Shown here piece by piece: positions 1-10,320 of a DNA stretch of 64,000 nucleotides. Numbering within the stretch: position 1 is the stretch's first letter; the number at the start of each line of letters is the position of its first letter. Source of the stretch: Spirochaetia bacterium. GTDB taxonomy: Bacteria > Spirochaetota > Spirochaetia > UBA9216. Below the pieces are notes generated by a model. It was given only the letters and a program-made list of their open reading frames with translations, had not been told where the DNA came from and searched no databases. Location of the stretch: contig CAXXYH010000003.1 in the NCBI GenBank assembly GCA_963677925.2, forward strand, positions 1,472,001-1,536,000. Direction: 5' to 3'. The translations under genes and the position numbers were made by a program.

Positions 1-2
1 CA

Positions 3-1469
3 ATAGTAATAACAATGAACTACCTGAATCTATATTCCTGGTTTCATCCTGATTTCACCTCTCCGGACCTGCGTATGCTTTCTGTACGGAACTATGCCCT
101 TGATGGAGAAATAACCATAGAAACGGGGTTCAAGTACTCAACTGAAGACATGACAGCCGAAAACTGGGCATGGTTCAATGATACACTCGTAAATGATAAA
201 AATATTTCAGATCCATTTGACTGGGAGGGTTACAGTAATAAACTCAGCTCATTTACAAAAAGTATCATTATTAACAATAAAAAGGTTGGAGTAATAGGCT
301 CTGATTATTATATAGATGAACTTGAACAGATGATGCTTGAAGAACCCTTTATGGGCAGAGGATATTATGCTTTATTAAACAGTGACTTGGCTTTTCTGGT
401 TAATCCACGGCATTTCATGGAAGAATGGGAGAGAGTTTTCCCCGATGATGCAGAAAAAACAACAGAAATACTAATGGACAAATCAATCAGCTCCGGAGTT
501 CTAATATCAGGTAACCAGAAGATCGGTTTCGACAGAATGAGTAACGGATGGATAGTCCTTGCAGTTCCTGATATGAATTTGCTGAACAGAGTCCTTATCA
601 GACTTCCGGTTACCTATCTCATTTTAACCGTGATTGTCTCAGTAGTCGTGGGAATACTAAGTCTTACGATTGCAAAAAACATTTCGAAGCCCATCATAGA
701 TGCAAGTAATTATTCTATTAAGATTGCTGCAGGTGAACTGGACACCAGCTTATCCGCTGGAATATTAAACCGTAAAGACGAAATCGGGACATTAGGCAAT
801 AATCTTGAATCAATGAGGAAAAGTTTAAAGAACAAAATAAAAAAGCTGAAACACGAATCCCAGAAGAGTAAATTCCTTTACCGTGAACTAGAACATAGAA
901 CCAAGAATAATCTTCAGCTTATTCTATCTTTTATCTCCTTCGAACTAAATGATGAAAAAATAACAGATATCAGGCAGGTACTTGAAAATGTAAAAAGAAG
1001 AATATACATACTTTCAACGGTCCAGGACCTTATCAATGTCTACGAAGATCAAACTTACATTCAATTTAAAGACTTTCTTAATGAGATACTCAATTTATTA
1101 TCCTTTGAATATAATCTGTATGAAAGCACCGGAAATATAATACTCACCGGCGATTCTTCTCTTTTGAACAAACAGAATCTGGTACCGGTAGGATTTCTTA
1201 TTAATGAAATATTCTCAAGTTTTATGGATTTAGAAAGAAACAGCTCAGACAGTTTCAGTATTTCAATTGATGTTAATCATATTAATGACAGCAATATAAC
1301 ATCACTTAATATCTCTACAGATATTATTAATAAAAATTATACAGAAACAATAAATGGAAATCATATTTTAGAGATTATAAAGGAAATTGCAGAATCACAG
1401 CTTCAGGGAAGCTGTGATTTGAATGTTGCTGACAAAATCAAATATAGTTTTAAATTCAGTCAAATCTAA
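3..1469 (+). CDS. Membrane sensor protein (Cache-like + HAMP + HisKA_2-type H-box) with degenerate ATP-binding domain; 5'-truncated by window edge
   Basis: Frame is open from the window edge. TM segment, then HAMP (ISKPI...DEIGTLGNNLESM) and H-box ELEHRTKNNLQ. N-box Asn and G1/G2 boxes are not recognisable. Confidence 0.75.
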   Translation: MVITMNYLNLYSWFHPDFTSPDLRMLSVRNYALDGEITIETGFKYSTEDMTAENWAWFNDTLVNDKNISDPFDWEGYSNKLSSFTKSIIINNKKVGVIGSDYYIDELEQMMLEEPFMGRGYYALLNSDLAFLVNPRHFMEEWERVFPDDAEKTTEILMDKSISSGVLISGNQKIGFDRMSNGWIVLAVPDMNLLNRVLIRLPVTYLILTVIVSVVVGILSLTIAKNISKPIIDASNYSIKIAAGELDTSLSAGILNRKDEIGTLGNNLESMRKSLKNKIKKLKHESQKSKFLYRELEHRTKNNLQLILSFISFELNDEKITDIRQVLENVKRRIYILSTVQDLINVYEDQTYIQFKDFLNEILNLLSFEYNLYESTGNIILTGDSSLLNKQNLVPVGFLINEIFSSFMDLERNSSDSFSISIDVNHINDSNITSLNISTDIINKNYTETINGNHILEIIKEIAESQLQGSCDLNVADKIKYSFKFSQI

Positions 1470-1540
1470 GATACTATAAATATAAGTAATAATTTGTTGA
1501 ATACCTTCAGTTCATCATCGAATCACACAGGTATGTTTTT

Positions 1541-2782
1541 TCAGCCCTCAAACTTTTCCCGGTTTATCCACAGACCTAAAGCAGGGTTTGGAATGAAGTA
1601 AATTACTTCTCCATCGGGCATTGTATTGTAACCGTATACAAGCTTTTGCGGGTCATATAATTTCACCATTTCATCATAGGATGCACTCTTAAATCCGATA
1701 TTATCAATTTCCTTCTCTGTAATATTCTTCACAGCGTAGGTAATTGAAAATCTGTCATCAGAAGAGCCGTGTATAAGATGGGCGGCAACTCCGGCATTAC
1801 CTGCAAGATCGCGGTTGTTCTTGAACTCTTCGAGGGTATTTACTCGGCCACGGTATCCGTATTTCCTGATAAGTTCGTCATTCTGAGGATCCTCACCGAA
1901 TTTATCAACACCGGGAGCAAGAACCAGCAGTTCGCCGCCATCGGCAATAGCCATACGGGTACGGTAAATACTCTTGTTCCCAAGCCAGGTGCTTTTAAAC
2001 TCTTTCGGATCAAGATACACAACACACTTCTGTATGCCGTGATCAACAAAATCAATATTCTTCTCCTGTGACAGAGCTACCGCGTCCTCCAGAACCTTTC
2101 TGGTATTGCCTATGAAAAAGCCATGGGTTTCAATATCTCCCTCCGGTGCAGTACAGACTGTGAGAGCAAACCATATCGGAAGTTCGGACAGAAACTCTTC
2201 AAGGGCATAGTCAAAGACCTTTCTGACGGGAGTAAAATCCTTGCCCATCATCTTTTCCATTCCGTATACCGCACCGACCATATGACTTTTATTGATCATG
2301 TCTGCTCCGCCGACCCCGACAAAGAGATTCTTTGCATGGTTAGCCATACCAATTACTTCATGCGGAACCACCTGCCCCACCGAAAGAATCAGGTCAAACG
2401 ATGGATCAATGACAAGCCGGTTAACCTGTACTGATATGCCTTCAGTCCAGATCCCGTCGGTAGCTTCACTTAGAAATGAACCGGGCACTTCACCGATAGT
2501 TTCAACATCGTTTCTCCAGTCATGAACCACAAAACAGGAATGCGGAATATCACCGTACATTTCACTGAGTTCTTCTTCAGTCATTGCAACATGGGTACCA
2601 AGGGCTTCAAGTATTTTTACTTCACAGCCCCGATCTGAAAGCCAGTGGTAGGCACAGTTGCATATATACCCTGCATTTGAAAAATAGCGGGTAAAATCCG
2701 GCCCTACAAGGAGAACTCTTTTGAGTTCTCCCTGCGAAGCAAGAAATGATTCAATTTGATTTTTGATTTCTGTATTTGTCAT
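1541..2782 (-). CDS. LarA/lactate racemase-family (nickel-pincer) 2-hydroxy-acid epimerase, probably GntE-like aldonate 2-epimerase
   Basis: Motifs GPDFTR, ALGTH, PHEVIGMANHAK. Start reassigned to the ATG at 2782 (MTNTEIK), 4 nt after the gnd stop; the longer ORF overlaps gnd. Confidence 0.8.
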   Translation of the reverse strand: MTNTEIKNQIESFLASQGELKRVLLVGPDFTRYFSNAGYICNCAYHWLSDRGCEVKILEALGTHVAMTEEELSEMYGDIPHSCFVVHDWRNDVETIGEVPGSFLSEATDGIWTEGISVQVNRLVIDPSFDLILSVGQVVPHEVIGMANHAKNLFVGVGGADMINKSHMVGAVYGMEKMMGKDFTPVRKVFDYALEEFLSELPIWFALTVCTAPEGDIETHGFFIGNTRKVLEDAVALSQEKNIDFVDHGIQKCVVYLDPKEFKSTWLGNKSIYRTRMAIADGGELLVLAPGVDKFGEDPQNDELIRKYGYRGRVNTLEEFKNNRDLAGNAGVAAHLIHGSSDDRFSITYAVKNITEKEIDNIGFKSASYDEMVKLYDPQKLVYGYNTMPDGEVIYFIPNPALGLWINREKFEG

Positions 2783-2786
2783 AATA

Positions 2787-4241
2787 TTAAACATTGTATG
2801 TGGAAGCCGAGGTGCTTCCGCCGTGCCCGGTCCAGTTTGTATGAAAAAACTTTCCCCGTGCTTCATCAAGCCTTTCGTAGGTATGGGCGCCGAAATAATC
2901 CCTCTGAGCCTGAAGCAGGTTGGCAGGGAGCCTTTCGCATGTGTAGCCGTCGAAGTATGACAGAGCTGCTGCGAATGCAGGCACCGGAACACCGCAAAGC
3001 ACAGCCTGGGAAACAACCCTGCGCCATGGTTCAAGAAGCGATTCCATCACGCCCTTAAAGTAGGGATCAAGCAGAAGGTTTGTAAGTTCCGGATTACTGT
3101 CGAAAGCCTCTTTGATCTTCCCCAGAAATACCGAGCGGATTATACATCCGCCCCGCCACATGAGGGCAATGCCGCCGTAATTAAGGTTCCATTTGTATGT
3201 AGATGCAGCTGTCCGCATCAGGCTGTAGCCCTGAGCGTATGAAATTATCTTTGATGCATACAGTGCACTTTTAATATCAGCAATAAACTGCTTCCGGTCA
3301 CCGCTGAAGACTGATTTCTGCTTTCCCGAATATTCCCGTGCAGCCTCAACACGTTCATCCTTGATTGCCGACAGGCAGCGGCTGAAGACACTCTCACCAA
3401 TCAGCGTAAGGGGAACGCCTTCATCAAGCGCTGTAATCCCGGTCCATTTACCGGTTCCCTTCTGCCCTGCCGTATCAAGTATTTTATCTACTATAGGGTT
3501 TCCGTCGGTATCCTTGTATGCTAGAATATCACGGGTTATTTCAATCAGGTAGCTGTCAAGCTCGGTTTCGTTCCACTGCTTAAACACCTCATGCATCTCA
3601 TCGGCACTCATTCCAAGCAGGTCTTTCATAAGCTGATAAGCCTCGCAGATAATCTGCATATCACCGTACTCAATACCGTTATGAACCATCTTCACAAAAT
3701 GACCGGCACCGTTTTCACCGACCCAGTCGCAGCATGGCGAACCGTCTTCCACCTTCGCAGAGATTGCCTGAAGGATTGGCTTAACTGACGGCCATGCCGA
3801 CGGGCTGCCGCCGGGCATTATGCTCGGCCCCTTTAACGCACCTTCTTCACCGCCGGAAACACCGCTTCCTATATAATAAAGCCCCCTGCTTTCCACATAT
3901 TCAGTTCTTCTTATTGTATCAGGAAAGTGGCTGTTGCCTCCGTCGATGATAATATCACCAGGTTCAAAAACTTCCAGAAGCTGGTCTATAAGTTCATCAA
4001 CCGGCTTACCGGCCTTAACCATCATCATAACTTTTCTGGGTTTTGCAAGATTATCAGCAAGCTCGGAAAGACTGTGAGTTCCAATTATATTCTTTCCCTT
4101 AGCCCTGCCGTTTACAAAATCATCAACCTTACTTGTAGTACGATTGTAAACAGCAGCAGTGAAGCCCTTCGATTCCATATTCATTACCAGGTTCTCACCC
4201 ATAACAGCGAGACCGATAAGACCGATATCAGCTTTTTTCAT
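2787..4241 (-). CDS. gnd: 6-phosphogluconate dehydrogenase, decarboxylating (NADP+)
   Basis: GLAVMG, SGGEEGA, KMVHNGIEYGDMQ, GQKGTG, QAQRDYFGAH motifs. Confidence 0.98.
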   Translation of the reverse strand: MKKADIGLIGLAVMGENLVMNMESKGFTAAVYNRTTSKVDDFVNGRAKGKNIIGTHSLSELADNLAKPRKVMMMVKAGKPVDELIDQLLEVFEPGDIIIDGGNSHFPDTIRRTEYVESRGLYYIGSGVSGGEEGALKGPSIMPGGSPSAWPSVKPILQAISAKVEDGSPCCDWVGENGAGHFVKMVHNGIEYGDMQIICEAYQLMKDLLGMSADEMHEVFKQWNETELDSYLIEITRDILAYKDTDGNPIVDKILDTAGQKGTGKWTGITALDEGVPLTLIGESVFSRCLSAIKDERVEAAREYSGKQKSVFSGDRKQFIADIKSALYASKIISYAQGYSLMRTAASTYKWNLNYGGIALMWRGGCIIRSVFLGKIKEAFDSNPELTNLLLDPYFKGVMESLLEPWRRVVSQAVLCGVPVPAFAAALSYFDGYTCERLPANLLQAQRDYFGAHTYERLDEARGKFFHTNWTGHGGSTSASTYNV

Positions 4242-4244
4242 AAT

Positions 4245-5321
4245 TTACCTCTTTACCCGGGCATTGCCCTTGTAGATACTCCATACCTGCTCTTCATCAG
4301 CCGGAGTTCCGTAATCATCCAGAACTGAAGCGGCAAGAACGCCGGTAGCCCAGCCGAACTGTAACCACTTTTCTTCACTCCAGTTCCTAAGGATAGCATA
4401 AAGAAGGCCGGCAACAAAGCCGTCACCGCCGCCGATTCGATCAAGTACCTGTATTTCCCTGGGTTCTTCCACATGCCAGTTTTCCCCGGCAAGTACAAGC
4501 GCCCCCCACATATGCTGGTTAGCATTCAAAACCTGTCTGAGTGTTGTGGCATAAACCTGCGCACCGGGAAACTGCTTTTTAACTTCAAGAACCATCCCCT
4601 TGAATGAATCAATCTTTTCCCCCAGATCCGTACCGCCGGCCTCCGGGCCTTTCACTCCAAGCGCAAGCTGAAAATCTTCTTCATTGCCGATTAAAATATC
4701 CGCATATGATGCAATCTCGGTAAAGCTTTCCCTCAGTTCTTTCTCACGGCCTTTCCAGAAAGAAGCCCTGAAATTTAAATCAAAGGAAATAAGAGTACCG
4801 CTCTCTCTGGCAGCCCGTGCAAGCTCAAGGCAAAACTCAGTGGTTTCCGCACTCATTGCAGCAATAAGCCCTGAAAGATGAAGAATCCTCACACCTTCCT
4901 CCCCGAAGATCCTCTTTGTATCAAAATCTTTGATATTAAGAGTTCTTCCTACTTCCCCGGCCCTGTCGTTCCAGACCCGGGGCCCGCGTAAACCGTATCC
5001 GGAGTCGGCAATATTAAACTGGTGCCTCACGCCCCAGGGCCCTTCCTGCTCTACTTCGGGTCCTTCAAATTCTATATTGCGGAAACGCAGTTCACTTTTA
5101 ATAAACTGGGAAACCGGGCTGTCCTTAACAAAAGCGGTCAGAACCTTGGTTCGAAGACCAAGCGCTGCAGAGACATTAAGAACATTACTTTCGGCGCTGG
5201 TTGACTGCATCTGAAACATCCGGCTTGTATGAACCGGAAGCCTGTCTGCAGGGGTGATGCGCACACCTATACTGGTCGGGCAAATTAAATCGTATTTACC
5301 CGTAGTTTTGAGTTTAAGCAT
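4245..5321 (-). CDS. PfkB-family sugar-acid kinase (KdgK-like; gluconate kinase candidate)
   Basis: FDLNFR, GNEED, DRIGGGDGF motifs. Start at ATG 5321 after an AGGAGA RBS. Confidence 0.88.
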   Translation of the reverse strand: MLKLKTTGKYDLICPTSIGVRITPADRLPVHTSRMFQMQSTSAESNVLNVSAALGLRTKVLTAFVKDSPVSQFIKSELRFRNIEFEGPEVEQEGPWGVRHQFNIADSGYGLRGPRVWNDRAGEVGRTLNIKDFDTKRIFGEEGVRILHLSGLIAAMSAETTEFCLELARAARESGTLISFDLNFRASFWKGREKELRESFTEIASYADILIGNEEDFQLALGVKGPEAGGTDLGEKIDSFKGMVLEVKKQFPGAQVYATTLRQVLNANQHMWGALVLAGENWHVEEPREIQVLDRIGGGDGFVAGLLYAILRNWSEEKWLQFGWATGVLAASVLDDYGTPADEEQVWSIYKGNARVKR

Positions 5322-5346
5322 AATTTTCTCCTTAGTTATAGGATAT

Positions 5347-6423
5347 CTATGGATTAAAAAACTTGATGCAGACGGGAGAACCCGTATTCCAATCGTGCAA
5401 TTTTTCAAGCTGCCCGTCAGAAGCAACTCTGAATACTGTAATCAGATCACTGTCCTGATTACCAACCAGAAGATGGGTTCCGGCCGGATCTACCGCAAAA
5501 TTCCTAGGAGTTTTACCACCGCATGGGGTTCTGCCTATCAGTGCAAGATCACCGGAACTGTCTATCGCATAGCTTACAATACTGTCATGGCCCCGGTTTG
5601 AAGCATAAAGCTTTTTTCCGTCAGGGGTAAGATGCAGATCAGAACAGATATTTTCACCATTAAAATCATCCGGAAGCGTTTCAACAACCTGTTTGAAAAT
5701 AAGAGTCCCGTTCTCACATGTATAATGTATAATCCGGGAACTGATTTCGTTAATAAGGTAGAAATGCTTTCCGTCCTTACTGAACTCTCCGTAGCGGGGA
5801 CCGCTTCCGGCGGCAACTTCAATGCTCTTCGTTTCATCAGTCGAAATCATTCCATCTTCTATTTTATACGCAATAACCTTATCCAGACCTAAATCAGGAA
5901 CATAAAGCAGATTATTTTCGCTGCTGAATATACAGCTGTGGGCATGAGGGCCTGTCTGCCTGACGGGGTGAACACTGCTTCCGCGATGCTGAAAAATCGA
6001 TCTGCTGTCAGCTTTCACATCACCTTCCTGTTCAAGTGAAAAGGCAGTAACTGAACCGCTTGCAAAATTTGATATAGCAATAAAACTGGAGTCAGGTGAA
6101 ATCTCAAGATGACAGGGATCTTTTCCGCCTGCGTTCCATGTTCCTTCAACAGACATCGAAAAATCATCAGCATAGGAAAGCTGTGTAAGCCCGCCGCCTT
6201 CTTCTCCTAGGTATTCTTTCATCTCATTTACTGCATATATCTTTTTATTTTTTTCGTCGATACAGAGAAAAGAAGGATTACGAATTTCTATCTCTTTAAC
6301 TATTTCAATTTTACCATTTTCAAAGGAGCAGATAGTAATTCCTTTCCCCTGGCCCTGGTATACCTCTCCAGTGCCGAATAAAATAGGTTCAGTGTATGAA
6401 CCTAATGCAAAATACTGTTTCAT
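5347..6423 (-). CDS. pgl: Beta-propeller lactonase (6-phosphogluconolactonase/aldonolactonase, Pgl/YbhE family)
   Basis: NPSF, PCH, PHAH, GSGPR, SNRGHDSI, GKTPRNF motifs. Confidence 0.88.
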   Translation of the reverse strand: MKQYFALGSYTEPILFGTGEVYQGQGKGITICSFENGKIEIVKEIEIRNPSFLCIDEKNKKIYAVNEMKEYLGEEGGGLTQLSYADDFSMSVEGTWNAGGKDPCHLEISPDSSFIAISNFASGSVTAFSLEQEGDVKADSRSIFQHRGSSVHPVRQTGPHAHSCIFSSENNLLYVPDLGLDKVIAYKIEDGMISTDETKSIEVAAGSGPRYGEFSKDGKHFYLINEISSRIIHYTCENGTLIFKQVVETLPDDFNGENICSDLHLTPDGKKLYASNRGHDSIVSYAIDSSGDLALIGRTPCGGKTPRNFAVDPAGTHLLVGNQDSDLITVFRVASDGQLEKLHDWNTGSPVCIKFFNP

Positions 6424-6435
6424 CTGCCGCCTCCG

Positions 6436-7383
6436 CTATATCTGACTATTCAGTTTATCAGTTATTTTAACAGCTTCTATTATGAACCGGTCGCGTTTTT
6501 TCATATCATCATCAATACTTCTCTGACTCCAGTCATAAAAACCTTTTCCTGTGCCGGCTCCCAGATCTCCGCGCTCAACCATCTCAGAAATGTATGAGCT
6601 GGCATGTTTATCAGCATTAATTCCCGGAAGTACAGTCTGCTGAACCGAAAGCCCGAGATCTGTACCGATCGCATCAAGATGCATAAGAGGGCCCCACACC
6701 GGAAATCTCATAGCCATTCCTGCTGCAATAGCGGTATCAACATCCTCTGCCGTCGCAAGCCCGCTGGCTACTATATCAATTGATTCCCTTATTATAGCCT
6801 GAAAAACCCTGTTTGCAAGCTGTCCCGGAAGATCCCGCCGTACCAGGACTGGAGACTTCTTCCATTTTTTCAATTCATTACGGACCTTTTCCGCAACGGC
6901 AATATCAGTCCGGTCGCCCACAACAACTTCAACAAGCGGAACAAGATGTGCGGGAAGCCAGAAATGAGTTGTGACCGTACGCTCAGGATACACACATTTC
7001 TTACTTATATCGGTTATCCTGAGTCCGCTTGTATTGCTGCAAATTGCAACTTCAAGAGGAAGTATCGCATCAAGCTGAGCAAAAAGCTCCTGCTTAGCCT
7101 CAACTTTCTCAACTATGGCTTCTATTACCATGAAGGCTCTGTCCGCTGCTTTTATAATATTAGTACTTGTTTCAATCAGATCAAAGGCCGCTTCAGCCTC
7201 TGCACTTGAATTAAGCCCGTTTTCTTCTCTTAACCGGATACAGGCAAAAGCTTTTTCCTTACCTGCAGCCACTTTCTGCTCATCTACGTCAACAAGAATG
7301 GTTTTATTACCAGCCAGAGCGCTCATTGCACCTATGCCGCTTCCCATCATGCCTGAGCCGACAACTATTACACAGTCTCTCAT
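6436..7383 (-). CDS. 3-hydroxyacyl-CoA dehydrogenase-family NAD-dependent oxidoreductase (L-gulonate 3-dehydrogenase-like candidate)
   Basis: GSGMMG, EAIVE, SNTSG, THFWLP, GTGKGFYDW motifs; located in a sugar-acid operon. Confidence 0.85.
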   Translation of the reverse strand: MRDCVIVVGSGMMGSGIGAMSALAGNKTILVDVDEQKVAAGKEKAFACIRLREENGLNSSAEAEAAFDLIETSTNIIKAADRAFMVIEAIVEKVEAKQELFAQLDAILPLEVAICSNTSGLRITDISKKCVYPERTVTTHFWLPAHLVPLVEVVVGDRTDIAVAEKVRNELKKWKKSPVLVRRDLPGQLANRVFQAIIRESIDIVASGLATAEDVDTAIAAGMAMRFPVWGPLMHLDAIGTDLGLSVQQTVLPGINADKHASSYISEMVERGDLGAGTGKGFYDWSQRSIDDDMKKRDRFIIEAVKITDKLNSQI

Positions 7384-7400
7384 TTATTTAAATCTCCAGA

Positions 7401-8424
7401 TCAGTCTTCCATCAAAAGGACCACACGCCCCTTTGCTTCCCCGGTCTTAAGCATATTAAGCCCGCTGTTTATATCTTTAAAAGGAATTGTTTTAAAGATA
7501 TAAGGAACAATTTTTCCTTCTTCCACAAACTTGATAACCTCTGACAAGTCCTGCCGAGTCATTCCGCGAATTCCAAGAATCTCTTTTTCAAACTTCATTA
7601 CATCCTGAAAATCAGCTTCAAAAAGCGGATCATTATAACCTGCTACAATCACTTTTCCACCGGGACAAATCAACCGTAGAGAATCGTTAATGGAGGTTTT
7701 TATGCCGATGTTATCAATCACAACATCACACATATCCCCGCCAGTCAGCCGTACTATTTCCTCATACAGATCCTGCTCTTTGGTATTTATAACAGCATCG
7801 GCACCCATTTCAAGAGAAATATCAAGCTTTTCCTGCTGCCGGCTTGTAGCATAAACTTCTGCTCCGAACAGCTTTGCTATCTGAATAGCGTTCATACCAA
7901 GCCCGCCTGTACCAAGAACAAGTACACGATCTCCGGGTTTTACCATGCCGCGGTTTTTCACAGCGTTATACATACAGCCTACGGCATCTGTAATGCTGGT
8001 CATCTGGTCGAAGGGGACCGAATCTGAAATCTTAAAAGCATTATGCTCCGGAATTACGCAGTACTGAGCGTGTGAACCGTCACGTTCAAACCCGACACGT
8101 ACAAGGTTACGGCATAGATTACTGCGTCCGCTTAAACAGTACCTGCAGGTACCGCAGGTAATGTCTATTGCTCCGACAACATGATCACCGACTTTAACGC
8201 TGCTGACCTCACTTCCGGTTTTCTCTATTACACCGGCCATTTCATGGCCTGGTGTATACGGAAGTCTGACAGTGCCTATCATACCATCCTGAATATGGAT
8301 ATCTGAAACACAAAGACCGCTTGCCTTAATTTTAACAAGGACTTCATAGGGTCCCGGCTCCGGGATTTTTTTTTTCTTCTATTATAAGGGGCTGCCCGAA
8401 CTCTTTCAGAACAGCCGCCTTCAT
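7401..8424 (-). pseudogene. Zn-dependent (MDR) dehydrogenase split by a +1 frameshift in an A10 tract (pseudogene, phase-variable gene or sequencing error)
   Basis: GGAGTG-ATG at 8424 reads MKAAVLKEFGQPLIIEEKK and then stops after NPGAGTL. Removing one A from 8366-8375 restores IPEPGPYEVLVKIKASGLCVSD...GHE and joins the 7401-8282 ORF. Confidence 0.85.
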
Positions 8425-8441
8425 CACTCCATTACCTTCAA

Positions 8442-9536
8442 TCATGGATTTATTACCACCTTCAGTGAACCGTCTTTCTTGTTTTCAAATAGTTCAACAG
8501 CCTTCTCATAATCCTCGAGAGGAAATCTGTGGGTGATAAGTTTTTCTCCGTCTATCGCACCGGAAGAAAAGAATTTTAAAACTTGTTCCGATACATTTGG
8601 ATTAGCCTTTGAGCCTGTAATATGTATTTCATTAAAGTTCACTGTATTGGCAGGAATAAGCACCTCATCATCGTGGTAAGTTGCGATAATAGCTACAGAA
8701 CCTGTTTTGCGGACCATTTTACATGCCTTCATAGGAGAATCCTTCGCGCCTGAACATTCCATAACTTCATCAGCGCCGACTCCGCCTGTCAGTTCAAGTA
8801 CACGCTGTACGGGATCTTCCTTTTCAAAATCAATGCAGACATCAGCTCCCAGTTCCCTTGCTTTTTCAAGCTTGGCTCCGCGGCCGATCATGATAACCTG
8901 TCCTGAGCCCAGAGCCTTGCATTCCATCATTGCACTCAGACCGATAGCACCGGGACCTATTACCACACTTGTTCCTCCGGGGGTGACACCGGCCAGCTCT
9001 ACTCCATGGAAAGCTACGCCGGCACAGTCACACATTGAAGCAACATCATAGCTCACATTATCAGGTATTTTGTGAAGAGAACTGGTCTTGTAAACATTGT
9101 ATTCAGCATTTGCACCCTGCCAGTAAAATCCGTAATGACGGTGACCGGTATCAAGACCTCCGTCCTGTCCGTCTTTTCCGTAATCAAGGCATACTGTATA
9201 ATGCCCCTTCTTGCAGTTATCACATTTACCGCAGCCGACATGAGCCTCTCCGGCAACCCGGTCGCCGGGGGCGAAATCCTTCACGCCCTCTCCAAGAGCA
9301 ACAACCTGGCCTGACCATTCATGCCCCATTATAAAAGGATAATAAGGAGGCCAGTTGGCAAAACTGTATCCGCCGTGAATCATCTTCGGATCTGAACCGC
9401 AGATAGCTACAGATTTAATACGGCACAGTACCTCTCCCGGTCCTGGCTTCGGAACCGGAACTTCTGCTAATTCAAGTTTATCATATGCCACAAGTGTCAT
9501 TGCGTTCATTTTTTCAGGTATTTTAAAAGTGTCCAT
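8442..9536 (-). CDS. Zn-dependent dehydrogenase (sorbitol/L-idonate/threonine dehydrogenase-like MDR)
   Basis: CGSD, GHE, structural CGKCDNC...C and GPGAIG motifs. Confidence 0.92.
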   Translation of the reverse strand: MDTFKIPEKMNAMTLVAYDKLELAEVPVPKPGPGEVLCRIKSVAICGSDPKMIHGGYSFANWPPYYPFIMGHEWSGQVVALGEGVKDFAPGDRVAGEAHVGCGKCDNCKKGHYTVCLDYGKDGQDGGLDTGHRHYGFYWQGANAEYNVYKTSSLHKIPDNVSYDVASMCDCAGVAFHGVELAGVTPGGTSVVIGPGAIGLSAMMECKALGSGQVIMIGRGAKLEKARELGADVCIDFEKEDPVQRVLELTGGVGADEVMECSGAKDSPMKACKMVRKTGSVAIIATYHDDEVLIPANTVNFNEIHITGSKANPNVSEQVLKFFSSGAIDGEKLITHRFPLEDYEKAVELFENKKDGSLKVVINP

Positions 9537-9537
9537 T

Positions 9538-10314
9538 TTAATCCTCTAATTTATCTTTTCCGTAAATATTTTTGACATATTTCTGCTTTTCCAATGATTT
9601 AACCTCTTCGGCAGAATGTGTCCTGGTGAATTCCAGATAATCCTTAACTCTGAGGACAAGGCTTTCCAGATGCCGATCCATCATATAAGCAGCCTCGTCA
9701 GGCTTATGCTCCTTGATACATCGGAATATCATATAATGGTAGAAACTCGAGTCTTCAACATCAGGTTTATAATAAAGAAAGCTCTCCATTTTTGATGTTG
9801 ATATCCACTTAATTAATTCCAAAAGACTTACAAATATCTCATTTTTTGATGCAACAGCAATTTTCACATGAAAATCACTGGTAAGATTTGCAAAGTCATG
9901 GCTGCTTGTTGCTTCTCTCTGAAGTTCCTCAAAATAGTGATCCATATCACGTATGTCTTCTTCAGTTGCATTTATAGCAGCCTGTCTTGCTGAGGCCATT
10001 TCAAGACCGCGTCTGAATTCCATTAAACCGACAAGATCGTTTTCATTCAGAAGGACGGAAGGAACCATATTATTCAAATACATCTGTGTTCCTATTTCTT
10101 TCAGAAAACTCCCCTCGCCTCTTCTAGTTTCAACTATTCCAAGAACAGCCAGCTTATTCAGCACAGCACGGATTGTATTTCTGCTTACACCGAACATATC
10201 CTTAAGTTCGTTTTCTGAAGGAAGCTTGTCATTTGGAGAATACTTACCACTGAGAAGCAGAGTTAAAACATCATTGTAAACAGTCTCAGTGATATTCGGT
10301 TTTGAACTAGCCAT
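9538..10314 (-). CDS. GntR/FadR-family transcriptional regulator (FCD domain)
   Basis: KLPSENEL...GVSRNTIR...RRGEGSF winged HTH; DFH...ASKNE FCD domain. Confidence 0.95.
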   Translation of the reverse strand: MASSKPNITETVYNDVLTLLLSGKYSPNDKLPSENELKDMFGVSRNTIRAVLNKLAVLGIVETRRGEGSFLKEIGTQMYLNNMVPSVLLNENDLVGLMEFRRGLEMASARQAAINATEEDIRDMDHYFEELQREATSSHDFANLTSDFHVKIAVASKNEIFVSLLELIKWISTSKMESFLYYKPDVEDSSFYHYMIFRCIKEHKPDEAAYMMDRHLESLVLRVKDYLEFTRTHSAEEVKSLEKQKYVKNIYGKDKLED

Positions 10315-10320
10315 TATTTC

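Noticed and set aside
2783-3034. N-terminal extension of the LarA-family ORF in the track
   Set aside because: It overlaps the conserved gnd C-terminus in another frame; ATG 2782 directly after the gnd stop is the sensible start. The same applies to the extensions at 5322-5426, 21070-21183, 23299-23391, 31589-31693 and 54142-54228.
4131-4145. Operator-like ACTTGTAGTACGATT inside gnd
   Set aside because: Explained by the conserved YNRTTSK codons; the right half-site is degenerate.
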